Shown one piece after another: positions 39,351 to 47,851 of a DNA stretch of 64,000 nucleotides. The notes beneath the pieces were generated by a model that made no database searches, was not told where the DNA came from, and saw only the letters and a list, made by a program, of their open reading frames with translations. Positions within the stretch are counted from its first letter, which is position 1. Each line of letters begins with the position of its first letter. The DNA lies in the IMG/VR virus record IMGVR_UViG_3300009509_000031, positions 1 to 64,000 of that record. One strand, 5' to 3'. The stretch is from a virus. The translations under genes were made by a program, and so were the position numbers.

Positions 39351-39543
39351 GTGTCACCTTTGCGTGGTGCTCTATAGCACCGTTACTAGATACCGGTTGG
39401 CAAATAGTTGTGTTCTGTTCTGCAGTAACAGCAACCATAAATCGTAAAGATCCAGGTGCTTCTTTTTTTAGCTTAACCAGCATACTGCAAAACCCAATAA
39501 CATCAGCTAGCGTGTTCAACACAAGTATCTTTGTTGTTTTCAT
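39184..39543 (-). CDS. Hypothetical protein, first gene of the late operon
   Basis: 119 aa; GATAAT -10-like box 8 nt before ATG. Confidence 0.45.
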   Translation of the reverse strand: MKTTKILVLNTLADVIGFCSMLVKLKKEAPGSLRFMVAVTAEQNTTICQPVSSNGAIEHHAKVTLDRFDKQQQPNRKQIVKPTKRNKRTASVCNTPVRRSKPYSKPKRTARPVMYGIAE

Positions 39544-39597
39544 GTTGATTGATTATCACAATAAAAACAACAAAGCAAAGAAAAAGTGCATTCTAAA

Positions 39598-39626
39598 TTG
39601 ACTGCATAACATCAATATGTTATTGG
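39598..39626 (+). promoter_or_regulatory. Candidate promoter with palindromic operator
   Basis: TTGACT at 39598-39603; inverted repeat ATAACAT-caat-ATGTTAT at 39606-39623; -10 box weak. Confidence 0.45.
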
Positions 39627-39642
39627 CTAGTTAGAAAGCTTA

Positions 39643-39972
39643 TTGGATAAACGTATGGCTATACCTAAGATACCTATCCAGGTACGAATCGGATCAGCAC
39701 TATTAGAAAAATTTGATGATGCGGTGCTATCAAGCAAGTTTGAATCCCGCAATCAGTGGATGGTTGCGGCCATTACTTACATGCTTGAAACAGAAGAATC
39801 GTTACCGTGTCCAGTCACCATTATTGATGTACTGCACAGAAAGGTAACTATAATGATCCGCGTTGAAGAGCTACTTTTAGAACTTGTTGATGAACAATGC
39901 GATCAATACAGGATGGAACGGGCTTTGTGGGTACTCAATGCCGCGATAAGTTACTATGCTGTTACACACTAA
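39643..39972 (+). CDS. Tandem ribbon-helix-helix transcription regulator
   Basis: Two RHH-like units: IQVRIGSALLEKFD...SRNQWMVAAI and IMIRVEELLLELVD...ERALWVLNAA. Confidence 0.7.
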   Translation: MDKRMAIPKIPIQVRIGSALLEKFDDAVLSSKFESRNQWMVAAITYMLETEESLPCPVTIIDVLHRKVTIMIRVEELLLELVDEQCDQYRMERALWVLNAAISYYAVTH

Positions 39973-40147
39973 CAAACAATGTGATCGTTAAACAGTGAAA
40001 CTCCCGATCACTGCTCTGTGTAACTGTCCTGTCAATAATCTTTGCTGTTGGGTGCTTTCTTAGCCATTCTGTAATACGTTCTCCCATTTCAGCCCGTTCC
40101 CTGTGCTTCGTTGCAGAAAACACTTTTACAACATTAACACTTTCCAT
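39962..40147 (-). CDS. Small conserved protein of a family I associate with myxobacteria
   Basis: VKVFSATK..ER..GE.IT.WL...QSSD.EFHCLTI.LF (recalled, not searched). Confidence 0.65.
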   Translation of the reverse strand: MESVNVVKVFSATKHRERAEMGERITEWLRKHPTAKIIDRTVTQSSDREFHCLTITLFVSV

Positions 40148-40149
40148 CG

Positions 40150-40809
40150 TTATCCCCCAATCTCTGGATCCAACGTATCAAGCAACGGCCCGATCTCTTC
40201 CATCAACGCCGCCAACTTATTCTTGTACTTATCAACTTTGTTTGAAGCTTCCCTAGCCTTTCTTCTAAGCCTATGCCTAACCGCATTAAGGTTCTTTTCT
40301 GCAGCCTTCAGATCGGCATGTGCACCATTACTATTACTCGCGTTTAAAATTTTTACTGCGGTAGCTTCAAACCCTCTTGCGTTATGCCGCATATCTGCAG
40401 CAAGCCTAATCTGTTCCCTAGCTTCTTTCTGCAGTCTTTCAGCTTCTAGACAGTACTTTTCAGCTGCAACCTCTGCAGCATCAGCACAGTTAGACAAGTG
40501 TGTTGCCATCTTCCTAGAAACACCGGCTTGCATTTCCACCCAATCAGCGGCATCTTTTGCTTCATCAAACAAATCAACCGCACCATGTATTTCAAGCTCA
40601 TTCTCAGCATCAAGCACCTGTTGCTTATAAACTTCAATCTGCTCTAGCAGTCGTTTAGCCCTGGTGATACGCACGTCTGTTTTCTTCAACACTGGCTTAA
40701 CTGGCTCTTTAACAGTAACCTGCGGATTGTGCCGGTGTGTTATCAGATACCTAGAGACTGTCTTTTGCTGCTTTTCAACTTTAGCTTGCGATACTTCTTT
40801 TTTGTCCAT
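40150..40809 (-). CDS. Coiled-coil hypothetical protein
   Basis: 219 aa, A/E/K-rich. Confidence 0.6.
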   Translation of the reverse strand: MDKKEVSQAKVEKQQKTVSRYLITHRHNPQVTVKEPVKPVLKKTDVRITRAKRLLEQIEVYKQQVLDAENELEIHGAVDLFDEAKDAADWVEMQAGVSRKMATHLSNCADAAEVAAEKYCLEAERLQKEAREQIRLAADMRHNARGFEATAVKILNASNSNGAHADLKAAEKNLNAVRHRLRRKAREASNKVDKYKNKLAALMEEIGPLLDTLDPEIGG

Positions 40810-40827
40810 ATCTATCTATCCTTTCAA

Positions 40828-41052
40828 TTACCGCCACCAGAGAAACGATCGTAAAATTCGCTTAACCCTTAGTTTAGCTAACCGTGTATAACACAAAATC
40901 CGTTCAGCCGTTTTTGCACCTAATACAAACTGACATCCGTATCGCTCAATACATACTGGACACAAAAACTGATCCATCACAGTTTTTGCTGTAATGCTCC
41001 CACACATTGAACATCTACCAATCTTTGTTGTTCCCCAATAAGAATGGCGCAT
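40828..41052 (-). CDS. Zinc-finger hypothetical protein
   Basis: CSMC...CPVC; start reassigned to ATG 41052 to avoid overlap. Confidence 0.5.
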   Translation of the reverse strand: MRHSYWGTTKIGRCSMCGSITAKTVMDQFLCPVCIERYGCQFVLGAKTAERILCYTRLAKLRVKRILRSFLWWR

Positions 41053-41053
41053 A

Positions 41054-41308
41054 CTAATCATCCATAGGAAGGGATGAAAGCATATCCAGCACATCTTTAG
41101 CAAATTGTCTAATTGCGGGATCAGCATGTGTAGAATACCGAATTGCAGCCCGTGCACACCTTTCACCGAGTTTAATACCTTCCATGTATGCAATAGCTGC
41201 TTTACCAGTTACAGCAACATCTGTTTTCTCTTCCCGTTTAACCTCATCCAAATTATCAATGATACGGTTACTGATCGCTACCGAAATTGGACTAATTTTC
41301 TTTTTCAT
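41054..41308 (-). CDS. Hypothetical protein
   Basis: 84 aa, coupled to neighbours. Confidence 0.55.
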   Translation of the reverse strand: MKKKISPISVAISNRIIDNLDEVKREEKTDVAVTGKAAIAYMEGIKLGERCARAAIRYSTHADPAIRQFAKDVLDMLSSLPMDD

Positions 41309-41484
41309 AATTCCCTTCCTACCCGTTTCAAGTATCGAGCCCTAAGCCTATCAGCCTCTTTTTGCCTTTGACACGAATCCGCATCACACACTGTGTTTGT
41401 TTTACGTTTAGACCTAAACGTCAAACCGCAATATCTGCAAACGGATTCGTTATTAGCCTTATACTGCTTTTGCCGTTCCGTCAT
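41305..41484 (-). CDS. Zinc-finger microprotein; not in ORF track
   Basis: Manual translation MTERQKQYKANNESVCRYCGLTFRSKRKTNTVCDADSCQRQKEADRLRARYLKRVGREL*. Confidence 0.6.
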   Translation of the reverse strand: MTERQKQYKANNESVCRYCGLTFRSKRKTNTVCDADSCQRQKEADRLRARYLKRVGREL

Positions 41485-41980
41485 TGTTCAAAAACCTGCC
41501 TTTATAAAAACATTTCAATAAGGCGTTAGCTTGCAACAACTTGGATCTAAGCTTAGTTAGAATTACCGCCCTATCTTCAAGCCGCGTACTACAGTTAATA
41601 TTTTCTGGTTCAAGTTTGTTTTCTTGCTCAATCACGGCTAGAAATTCTGCTTCAACAGTATCAATAAGTACGCTCAACGGTTCGTGTAACTTATCCAACG
41701 CAAGCAACCCAAAAACGTATTCAAGATTATCACCAGTAACTTCTAAGATCTCAAACAGCGTTGATTCACCTTTAGAATTAAGATGAAAACTATCAGCAGA
41801 ACATAATGCGTAATCTATTACGTTATTCAACTTAGAATAGAATTCCTCACCCGGCTTATCAAACGGCTTGTTACTACAAATACGGATCTTCAACATTCGA
41901 TCAACAACCCGTTCATACTGTGCTTCAAATGATTTAATCTTTTTACCGCGTACCTCAGTTTTCTTTACTTTAGCTGTCAT
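41459..41980 (-). CDS. Hypothetical protein
   Basis: 173 aa, overlapping gene chain. Confidence 0.55.
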   Translation of the reverse strand: MTAKVKKTEVRGKKIKSFEAQYERVVDRMLKIRICSNKPFDKPGEEFYSKLNNVIDYALCSADSFHLNSKGESTLFEILEVTGDNLEYVFGLLALDKLHEPLSVLIDTVEAEFLAVIEQENKLEPENINCSTRLEDRAVILTKLRSKLLQANALLKCFYKGRFLNNDGTAKAV

Positions 41981-42452
41981 GGTTCACCACAACTGTTTGA
42001 AGATTCGCTATTGCCGCTTCAGCCCTTGTTAATCTCTCACGCATTTCACCAAACCCACGAATAAGTGCAAATTCTGTATTACTGATTTGACCGTCAAGTC
42101 TAAGAACCTTTTTTGTTAAATCACGGATCACACCATCCAACACATCAGAAACTAGAACACGCAAGGTTTCATGAATCACAGAAACTAGCTTAGTAAATGC
42201 AACACCTGCAGGACCCTCCAGAACAACATCTGTTGATTTAAGCAACGCCTTACACCTGTGTTCGTACAAAGCCCACAAATCCCCTGCAAACAACGGCCGA
42301 TCTGAAATAGTAAGAACACGAGTATCGATCCATTCAATCAATACGTGCAACAACCGTCTTGTGTGCTGTTCTGGAAGAATCAGCAAATCATCCGGCCATT
42401 TTTCATCTAACATACCCTCTAATCGTGCTTTCAAGCTTCCTGGAACTGTCAC
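41970..42452 (-). CDS. Hypothetical protein
   Basis: 160 aa, GTGA overlap. Confidence 0.55.
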   Translation of the reverse strand: MTVPGSLKARLEGMLDEKWPDDLLILPEQHTRRLLHVLIEWIDTRVLTISDRPLFAGDLWALYEHRCKALLKSTDVVLEGPAGVAFTKLVSVIHETLRVLVSDVLDGVIRDLTKKVLRLDGQISNTEFALIRGFGEMRERLTRAEAAIANLQTVVVNHDS

Positions 42453-42958
42453 ACCGATCCCCCTTTCTGCTGTTTCTTCACCATGTCAGCTTTCCAATAC
42501 AGCTTTGAACACGCAAGGCATACGTTAGCGTATTCCCCTTTTTCGTTGTTTAAGATCGCATCAACTTGTTTCCTTGAAAAGACCTTATCCCCTTTTGCGA
42601 TACCGCAAAACGATTCACCCTTACCGCGATCAATATGAATAGTTCCAACAAAGCTAACTTCCTGTTCATCATCTTCTTCTGTATCCGCTTGATTACTTAC
42701 GGGATGGCTGATCACCCACTGTTCAAGATTAGCGATCCGCTCTTCCAGTTCCCCCAACCTAATCTGTTTGCCGTTCTGCAATGCTTCTAACCGTCGCACC
42801 AATTCAGCTTTCAACATGAACGGGCCACACACCAAACCATCCCCTATCACACAATCCTGTTTAGTCCTAAGTGTTGTTTCAAACACATCAACCAACACAT
42901 CCCCCGGCACTGCTTCCAGCGTTTCAAACCGGCTCAACAACCGTATTCTCTTAGCCAT
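42449..42958 (-). CDS. Hypothetical protein with C-terminal H/C zinc site
   Basis: H...FCG...CLAC. Confidence 0.55.
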   Translation of the reverse strand: MAKRIRLLSRFETLEAVPGDVLVDVFETTLRTKQDCVIGDGLVCGPFMLKAELVRRLEALQNGKQIRLGELEERIANLEQWVISHPVSNQADTEEDDEQEVSFVGTIHIDRGKGESFCGIAKGDKVFSRKQVDAILNNEKGEYANVCLACSKLYWKADMVKKQQKGGSV

Positions 42959-43271
42959 TACTTACAACCTCCAACATCAGATCAACAGTATCCAATACCC
43001 GATCCTCATCTTCACTGCAGGTACACGCATACCCCGGATTACCACAATCACAGATCGGATCAGACATATCCCCTAAACAATCACAATGACCAATACCGCC
43101 ACAATCCATACATACCCAATCACCCTCATCTATATCCCAAATAATCCGCATAGCCCAATTCTCCGATTGTTGTGGAAAGAGGGTTTGGGTGATAGGTGCC
43201 CCAAATCCGTTATAAGAACCATACCCGTACATACCTACCATAACATTGTGTTCACTATCCTGCACCATCAA
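42951..43271 (-). CDS. Cys-rich acidic hypothetical protein
   Basis: CMDC..CDC...CDC...CTC; start uncertain. Confidence 0.45.
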   Translation of the reverse strand: MMVQDSEHNVMVGMYGYGSYNGFGAPITQTLFPQQSENWAMRIIWDIDEGDWVCMDCGGIGHCDCLGDMSDPICDCGNPGYACTCSEDEDRVLDTVDLMLEVVSNG

Positions 43272-43373
43272 TCAATCAAATCTTGTGGTTCACACTCAAA
43301 AAAAGTTTGGCTAACAATCCACATAGCGTTTTCCATTTGCCTATCCACCATAGCTATCCCTTTCATGTGAATA

Positions 43374-43967
43374 CTACTTGTTTCCAAGTTTCAACGTAAT
43401 TGCCCCTGTTACCGGATCATCACTCCGAAGTAAGTAACACGCTTCATTTGTCATCATATCCCTAACCTCATTTCTTTCAACAGACACAACAGGGATATTA
43501 TGCTTTTTCATGATTAACCTGATCATGATCATAGCGCCTTCAAGTTCACATTGAAGGCTATTAGATCTTGAATAATCCGTTAACGATACCCTTCGTTGCT
43601 CAATATCTTTAACACGGTTCTGCAACTGTAAAACCTTATCCGTGATCAACTCTTGAAAGGCTATCAGCTCATCAATCCGACTATCCTGCTTCATCTGTGC
43701 AGCAATCAAACCCCGTTCATACCCTTCGTCATATGCCCTAGAAATCATCCGATTGACAGCAACATGATCCGTTTCTTCTTTAGCAGTAATCTTTGAAAGT
43801 AGATTTTCAAGAGCCAGCACCAATTCATGACAAGTACCGTGATCTGGATCCCTGCAAGCTGCATCCCCATACGTTGCCAGATAATCAGCAATCAGTTCTT
43901 GTGCTTCTTCTAGCGGATCCGGGTGTTTCCTATCCAGCTGAGTCTGATCAATTTGATCTTGTTCCAT
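43374..43967 (-). CDS. Hypothetical protein
   Basis: 197 aa, coiled-coil segment. Confidence 0.55.
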   Translation of the reverse strand: MEQDQIDQTQLDRKHPDPLEEAQELIADYLATYGDAACRDPDHGTCHELVLALENLLSKITAKEETDHVAVNRMISRAYDEGYERGLIAAQMKQDSRIDELIAFQELITDKVLQLQNRVKDIEQRRVSLTDYSRSNSLQCELEGAMIMIRLIMKKHNIPVVSVERNEVRDMMTNEACYLLRSDDPVTGAITLKLGNK

Positions 43968-44358
43968 CCGTTCCCCCTTTCGTATGTCGAATCCTGCCTA
44001 GTTCTTGCTGGTGCCTATGCAGGGCAATTCGCCTAGACAAAACAGCCCTAACACGATCTGCCTGTTCATATGTCAACCGGTACCGCTTACCGTTACCATT
44101 ACCTATAGATCTACGTTCAGACCAAAGCAACGCTTCAGCAACCTTACCGGCAGTAACAGCAGAACACCCACATTCTTTTGCAATCTGATTAAGCCCAATA
44201 AACCCACCACGCCAAGTGATCCCAAGATACTTAGCTTTAGACTTTACCGCAAAAAGGGTTCTTCCGAGTTTTTTAGCAGCAACAGGTTGCTGATACCGTT
44301 CTGCATACCGCAACAATAGGTGAACTTCTTTTGCAGACCATAGTTTACCGCCAGCCAT
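43948..44358 (-). CDS. Myb/HTH-type DNA-binding protein
   Basis: WSAKEVHLL...AAKKLGRT..AVKSKAKYLG plus second HTH (IAKECGCS); start reassigned to ATG 44358. Confidence 0.65.
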   Translation of the reverse strand: MAGGKLWSAKEVHLLLRYAERYQQPVAAKKLGRTLFAVKSKAKYLGITWRGGFIGLNQIAKECGCSAVTAGKVAEALLWSERRSIGNGNGKRYRLTYEQADRVRAVLSRRIALHRHQQELGRIRHTKGGTDGTRSN

Positions 44359-44363
44359 TGATC

Positions 44364-44627
44364 CTAATCCTTTGTCCAACCTTCCAGTGAACCGAATACG
44401 TGCCATCCGCACCATGGGCACCCGATAGACGGGGATACCCGTCCTGTAGATTCGATTACATGATTCTTATCTAGTGAAACAAGCCCACCACAATCAAAAC
44501 ATCTGATTACAGGAATCCAATCTTCAGATCCGTGTTTGTTTGCTTTATGCCAACTGCCAGGTACCAACGCCGTTTCACTATACTTAAAAACAAAGTTCTT
44601 TGACGATATAGGTTTATACACAACCAT
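44364..44627 (-). CDS. Zinc-ribbon protein
   Basis: CFDCG...VSPSIGCPWCGWH. Confidence 0.55.
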   Translation of the reverse strand: MVVYKPISSKNFVFKYSETALVPGSWHKANKHGSEDWIPVIRCFDCGGLVSLDKNHVIESTGRVSPSIGCPWCGWHVFGSLEGWTKD

Positions 44628-44692
44628 GATTACCCCTTAAATTTTTTGAAACTACTTGACGACCTAATAGCTTTCAAAAGTTTGGTAAGCTA

Positions 44693-44971
44693 TCAATCAC
44701 GTTTCTTCCACTTGGGTGTATACCCTAACCGCTTGCATACTTTGATCACGTATTTCATTTCCCGTTTTGATACAAAGTACCGGCATGGATTAAACTTCAC
44801 AACAGTGTTTCCAGGTTCCCATAACACCATCATTTGAATGATTCGATCTAGTGGCGGCATATGACTAACGGGCTTAGGACACCTGCCAAACCTGTGATCC
44901 TTCACAGCTGCAATAAACGTCCTAGCCCTTAATTGTGTGCTTTCTTCTGTTGTCATTGGCAACGATCGCAT
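44693..44971 (-). CDS. Hypothetical protein
   Basis: 92 aa, coupled. Confidence 0.5.
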   Translation of the reverse strand: MRSLPMTTEESTQLRARTFIAAVKDHRFGRCPKPVSHMPPLDRIIQMMVLWEPGNTVVKFNPCRYFVSKREMKYVIKVCKRLGYTPKWKKRD

Positions 44972-45318
44972 TACAACAACCCTTTTTTCTTAGCCCGTCT
45001 GAACACCTTTGTTAGCGCCAGTTCAACAACAGCCGTCTTACTCTGCTTCGTTGCATCAGCATACAATGCCAGGGTATCAATCACCGATGGTGGAAGCTTA
45101 AAGCTAACCAGCTTACGTGGAATGATCACCTTTCTGATTTTAAAGCCTGCCGTACCATCAGCCTTTTTGACTAGAACCAACTTATGCTCATCAAAGCCAC
45201 GTTTCTCAGCTGTCTTCTTTATCCTCGCTTTCAAATTTGGTTTGATAGCCAAATCATGTTTTTTAGCTCGTTTCAGTAACCGCCTAATCTCTTCATTCAA
45301 CTTTTTCAACTTAACCAT
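44971..45318 (-). CDS. Basic protein with C-terminal ribbon-helix-helix
   Basis: VSFKLPPSVIDTL..YA.....SKTAVVELAL; ATG 45318 behind AAGGTG. Confidence 0.6.
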   Translation of the reverse strand: MVKLKKLNEEIRRLLKRAKKHDLAIKPNLKARIKKTAEKRGFDEHKLVLVKKADGTAGFKIRKVIIPRKLVSFKLPPSVIDTLALYADATKQSKTAVVELALTKVFRRAKKKGLL

Positions 45319-45666
45319 AATGCACCTTTTCAAAAGAAGACATAATCCTCCAGACTATCGAACCAACAACATCATTTTTCGGTAACAGATCCTGCCATAC
45401 ACTTCAAACAAATAATGTTTGACAAGAACAGCTCTTGTGTACTTAGAGTGTGTTTTGTGTGTTGTTGTCAGCTTGTCAATATACGATCGCATAGATGTTG
45501 AATGGCCAGCAACATCTGCAACCAAATGTAACAGAACTTCACACTGAATACCGTCTAAATACGCTGCAGCACAACTTAGGATCGCGCTGTCAATTTCTTG
45601 TCTACTCCAACGGGTTCGTTTTTTCCTTTTCTTCAACTTTTTCAACTTAACCATGAATCACCTTTT
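45296..45666. repeat. Direct repeat of RBS plus first codons (45296-45330 and 45632-45666)
   Basis: 23 bp identical TTCAACTTTTTCAACTTAACCAT, then 4 variable nt, then CACCTTTT in both copies. Confidence 0.85.
45355..45654 (-). CDS. Hypothetical basic protein
   Basis: 99 aa starting MVKLKKL like its neighbour. Confidence 0.55.
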   Translation of the reverse strand: MVKLKKLKKRKKRTRWSRQEIDSAILSCAAAYLDGIQCEVLLHLVADVAGHSTSMRSYIDKLTTTHKTHSKYTRAVLVKHYLFEVYGRICYRKMMLLVR

Positions 45667-45668
45667 AA

Positions 45669-45959
45669 CTAATACGGTTCAATACGAATTCCAAACCCAC
45701 AACACCCACCCGTTCTAACATGCTGCAACTGAACGTAAGCAAACACGGCAAGAAACCGTTTAACAATATTCCACGCCAAAGCAGGGCTAACTGTTGTACA
45801 GGCTGCTAATTCTGTTGCTAGCTGCATCCCTGCAACAATCGCCTTTTTACTCAAGTGGGTCGTTTCTAGTAGCTCAACTATCTCTTGTTCCCGTTTCTTT
45901 TGTGCACGAAACAAGGCGGTAAACATACACCTAAACGGATCCCCTATCATCAGTTTCAC
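45669..45959 (-). CDS. Hypothetical protein
   Basis: 96 aa. Confidence 0.45.
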   Translation of the reverse strand: MKLMIGDPFRCMFTALFRAQKKREQEIVELLETTHLSKKAIVAGMQLATELAACTTVSPALAWNIVKRFLAVFAYVQLQHVRTGGCCGFGIRIEPY

Positions 45960-45970
45960 CTTTCATCAAT

Positions 45971-46375
45971 TCAACCTATCCGGCAACGGTCTTTTTTAAG
46001 CACACCCATCCCATACAACAATACAGCAAACACGATCAATACCTTCACCTTTCGTGTGAAGTATTTGAATTGCGCTACGGTGGGTTTGTTCCTATGAGGT
46101 ATTGCAGCATTACTACAGTTGCACAACGTTAAATCCTTACTTGTTTTAGTTCTAGATCTGTACGCGGAATAATTTAACAACGCACCCTTATACGTGGATT
46201 CATCTGGTAACACCACTTCAGGTAACCCTACATCCCAATACCGTTCTTGTGTAATAGACTGCTTAAACCACGTTGCAACGGTATGTAACACGAACCCCTG
46301 TGATCGTTTATACCGGCTATTGCTACGGATGATTTTATCCTCTATACGCTTAACCGTGACATCACACGTTTTCAA
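45971..46375 (-). CDS. Hypothetical protein
   Basis: 134 aa, GAGG RBS. Confidence 0.5.
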   Translation of the reverse strand: MKTCDVTVKRIEDKIIRSNSRYKRSQGFVLHTVATWFKQSITQERYWDVGLPEVVLPDESTYKGALLNYSAYRSRTKTSKDLTLCNCSNAAIPHRNKPTVAQFKYFTRKVKVLIVFAVLLYGMGVLKKDRCRIG

Positions 46376-46385
46376 TACCCTCTCT

Positions 46386-46781
46386 TCAACACGGCTTATC
46401 TTCCGGATGTTCGTGAAATGGGAACGCGAACCCCTTACTACCTAACCAGATATAAACAACATCAAATAGCCGGCCATACGCTTTTTCAACCCAACAGTTA
46501 ATGCACAGATCAAAAAACGTTAACACCAATTCATCAACGGACATTGGTGATCGACCTTTTGGCCACATTTTATACCACTGTTCCAACGCATCGTTACAAG
46601 CAGCTAATGACCACAACCCATCTAGTGTTACAAAGCATGAAAGCTCATCCACCATCCCTGCAAACAACTTCTTTCTGTGCTCTGTTTGCAGATGTGCCCA
46701 CCACGTTAATTCTTTAGCAAACCCCTTTTCAATATATGCTTGCTGTGCTTTTTCTGCAGCTGTCCTGTATAGAGATGACAT
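46386..46781 (-). CDS. Hypothetical protein
   Basis: 131 aa. Confidence 0.55.
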   Translation of the reverse strand: MSSLYRTAAEKAQQAYIEKGFAKELTWWAHLQTEHRKKLFAGMVDELSCFVTLDGLWSLAACNDALEQWYKMWPKGRSPMSVDELVLTFFDLCINCWVEKAYGRLFDVVYIWLGSKGFAFPFHEHPEDKPC

Positions 46782-46783
46782 AA

Positions 46784-46954
46784 TTACCCGCTTTCTTTCT
46801 CATCTTCTTTTTTCAATGTCGGTATTACTGCATGGCATTTCAAACACACCGTTACACCTAACGGAACAAAGATCTGTGTTGCCGTATCGTATCCATGGGT
46901 AACGATGTGTTCTGATCCGCATACATCACAGGTTGGCCGCTTTGGTTTCGTCAT
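46784..46954 (-). CDS. Zinc-ribbon microprotein; not in ORF track
   Basis: Manual translation MTKPKRPTCDVCGSEHIVTHGYDTATQIFVPLGVTVCLKCHAVIPTLKKEDEKESG*. Confidence 0.6.
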   Translation of the reverse strand: MTKPKRPTCDVCGSEHIVTHGYDTATQIFVPLGVTVCLKCHAVIPTLKKEDEKESG

Positions 46955-47061
46955 CAGTCTGAATAATCCTATTCTTCAAGATACGGAACACATTCACATA
47001 AAACACGATCCATCTGTCTATCCCCTTTCTTGTTGAAGTACATACCTCTATCTCTGACGGT

Positions 47062-47090
47062 ACTGTACCACTTAGTATATACTATGTCAC
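47062..47090 (-). promoter_or_regulatory. Sigma70-like promoter with palindrome in spacer
   Basis: Minus strand GTGACA-N17-TACAGT; spacer holds TAGTATATACTA (47073-47084). Confidence 0.55.
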
Positions 47091-47216
47091 GAATTACTAC
47101 CCGTGTCATATTCAGTACATACGCAGTATATACGATTGTATTAAGAAGTGAGGTTACTTTTTGTGGTGTGGTTCTGATAGGTGATTCTGTAGAACCCCTA
47201 GAATCCCTATGACCCG

Positions 47217-47474
47217 TTATTCTGATTCGTGTAATTCTAACCGGGCTAATCGTTGCCGTGCATTAATCTGTTCTCTGTTGACTTGTCTATACGTTTTTCT
47301 TTGTTTCAAAATATGCTGTCTATGCTTTCTGTAGTATTGACTCATCTTCTTACAGTTTGCGTATGTACGGCACCTATCACAATACTTTTGAACGTTGCTT
47401 GTTCTCTCAACCATTTCTTCACAGACTTCACACACCAGATACCTTTTACGCTTATGTGCTGGTTCCTTTGTCAT
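47217..47474 (-). CDS. Zinc-finger basic protein
   Basis: CEVC...QKYCDRC, Arg/Lys-rich helix. Confidence 0.6.
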   Translation of the reverse strand: MTKEPAHKRKRYLVCEVCEEMVERTSNVQKYCDRCRTYANCKKMSQYYRKHRQHILKQRKTYRQVNREQINARQRLARLELHESE

Positions 47475-47490
47475 TATCTTTTATCCTTAT

Positions 47491-47679
47491 CTATAAACGT
47501 ACATACTTTGGATTATGGTTTTTGTATGCGCTATCCGTGTTGGGGTACCCACTACCGCTGTTGACACAAGGTGTCGGTTTTTCACTTCCCCCCACCCCTA
47601 TTGTCCTACATAACAGGGTAGATGTGTTCTTTCTACAGTACGTAAGAATTATTCTGTAGTGCTTAGTCGCTTCATTCAT
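47491..47679 (-). CDS. Hypothetical protein (doubtful)
   Basis: 62 aa, weak AGGA RBS, atypical composition. Confidence 0.3.
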   Translation of the reverse strand: MNEATKHYRIILTYCRKNTSTLLCRTIGVGGSEKPTPCVNSGSGYPNTDSAYKNHNPKYVRL

Positions 47680-47682
47680 TAT

Positions 47683-47851
47683 TTAATCCTGGATTCCTCT
47701 ACATCGCTTAATGGTTACTTAACTGTTTAAGGGATACGGGTTAATTAGTTGTTAAAGATTAATTAACTATTTAATCACTGTTTAAGGAATGCGAGTTAAT
47801 AGTTAATTAAATGGTTAAGTGGGATGAGTTAACTAGATACCACTTGTTTAA
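47683..47851. repeat. AT-rich array of 11-bp-phased TTAA motifs with a 24-bp direct repeat
   Basis: 16 TTAA in ~170 bp; ACTGTTTAAGGGATACGGGTTAAT (47722) vs ACTGTTTAAGGAATGCGAGTTAAT (47777), 21/24 identical. Confidence 0.85.

Noticed and set aside
47683-47851. CRISPR array
   Set aside because: Only two or three degenerate ~24-bp copies, spacers are themselves TTAA-repetitive, and no cas genes
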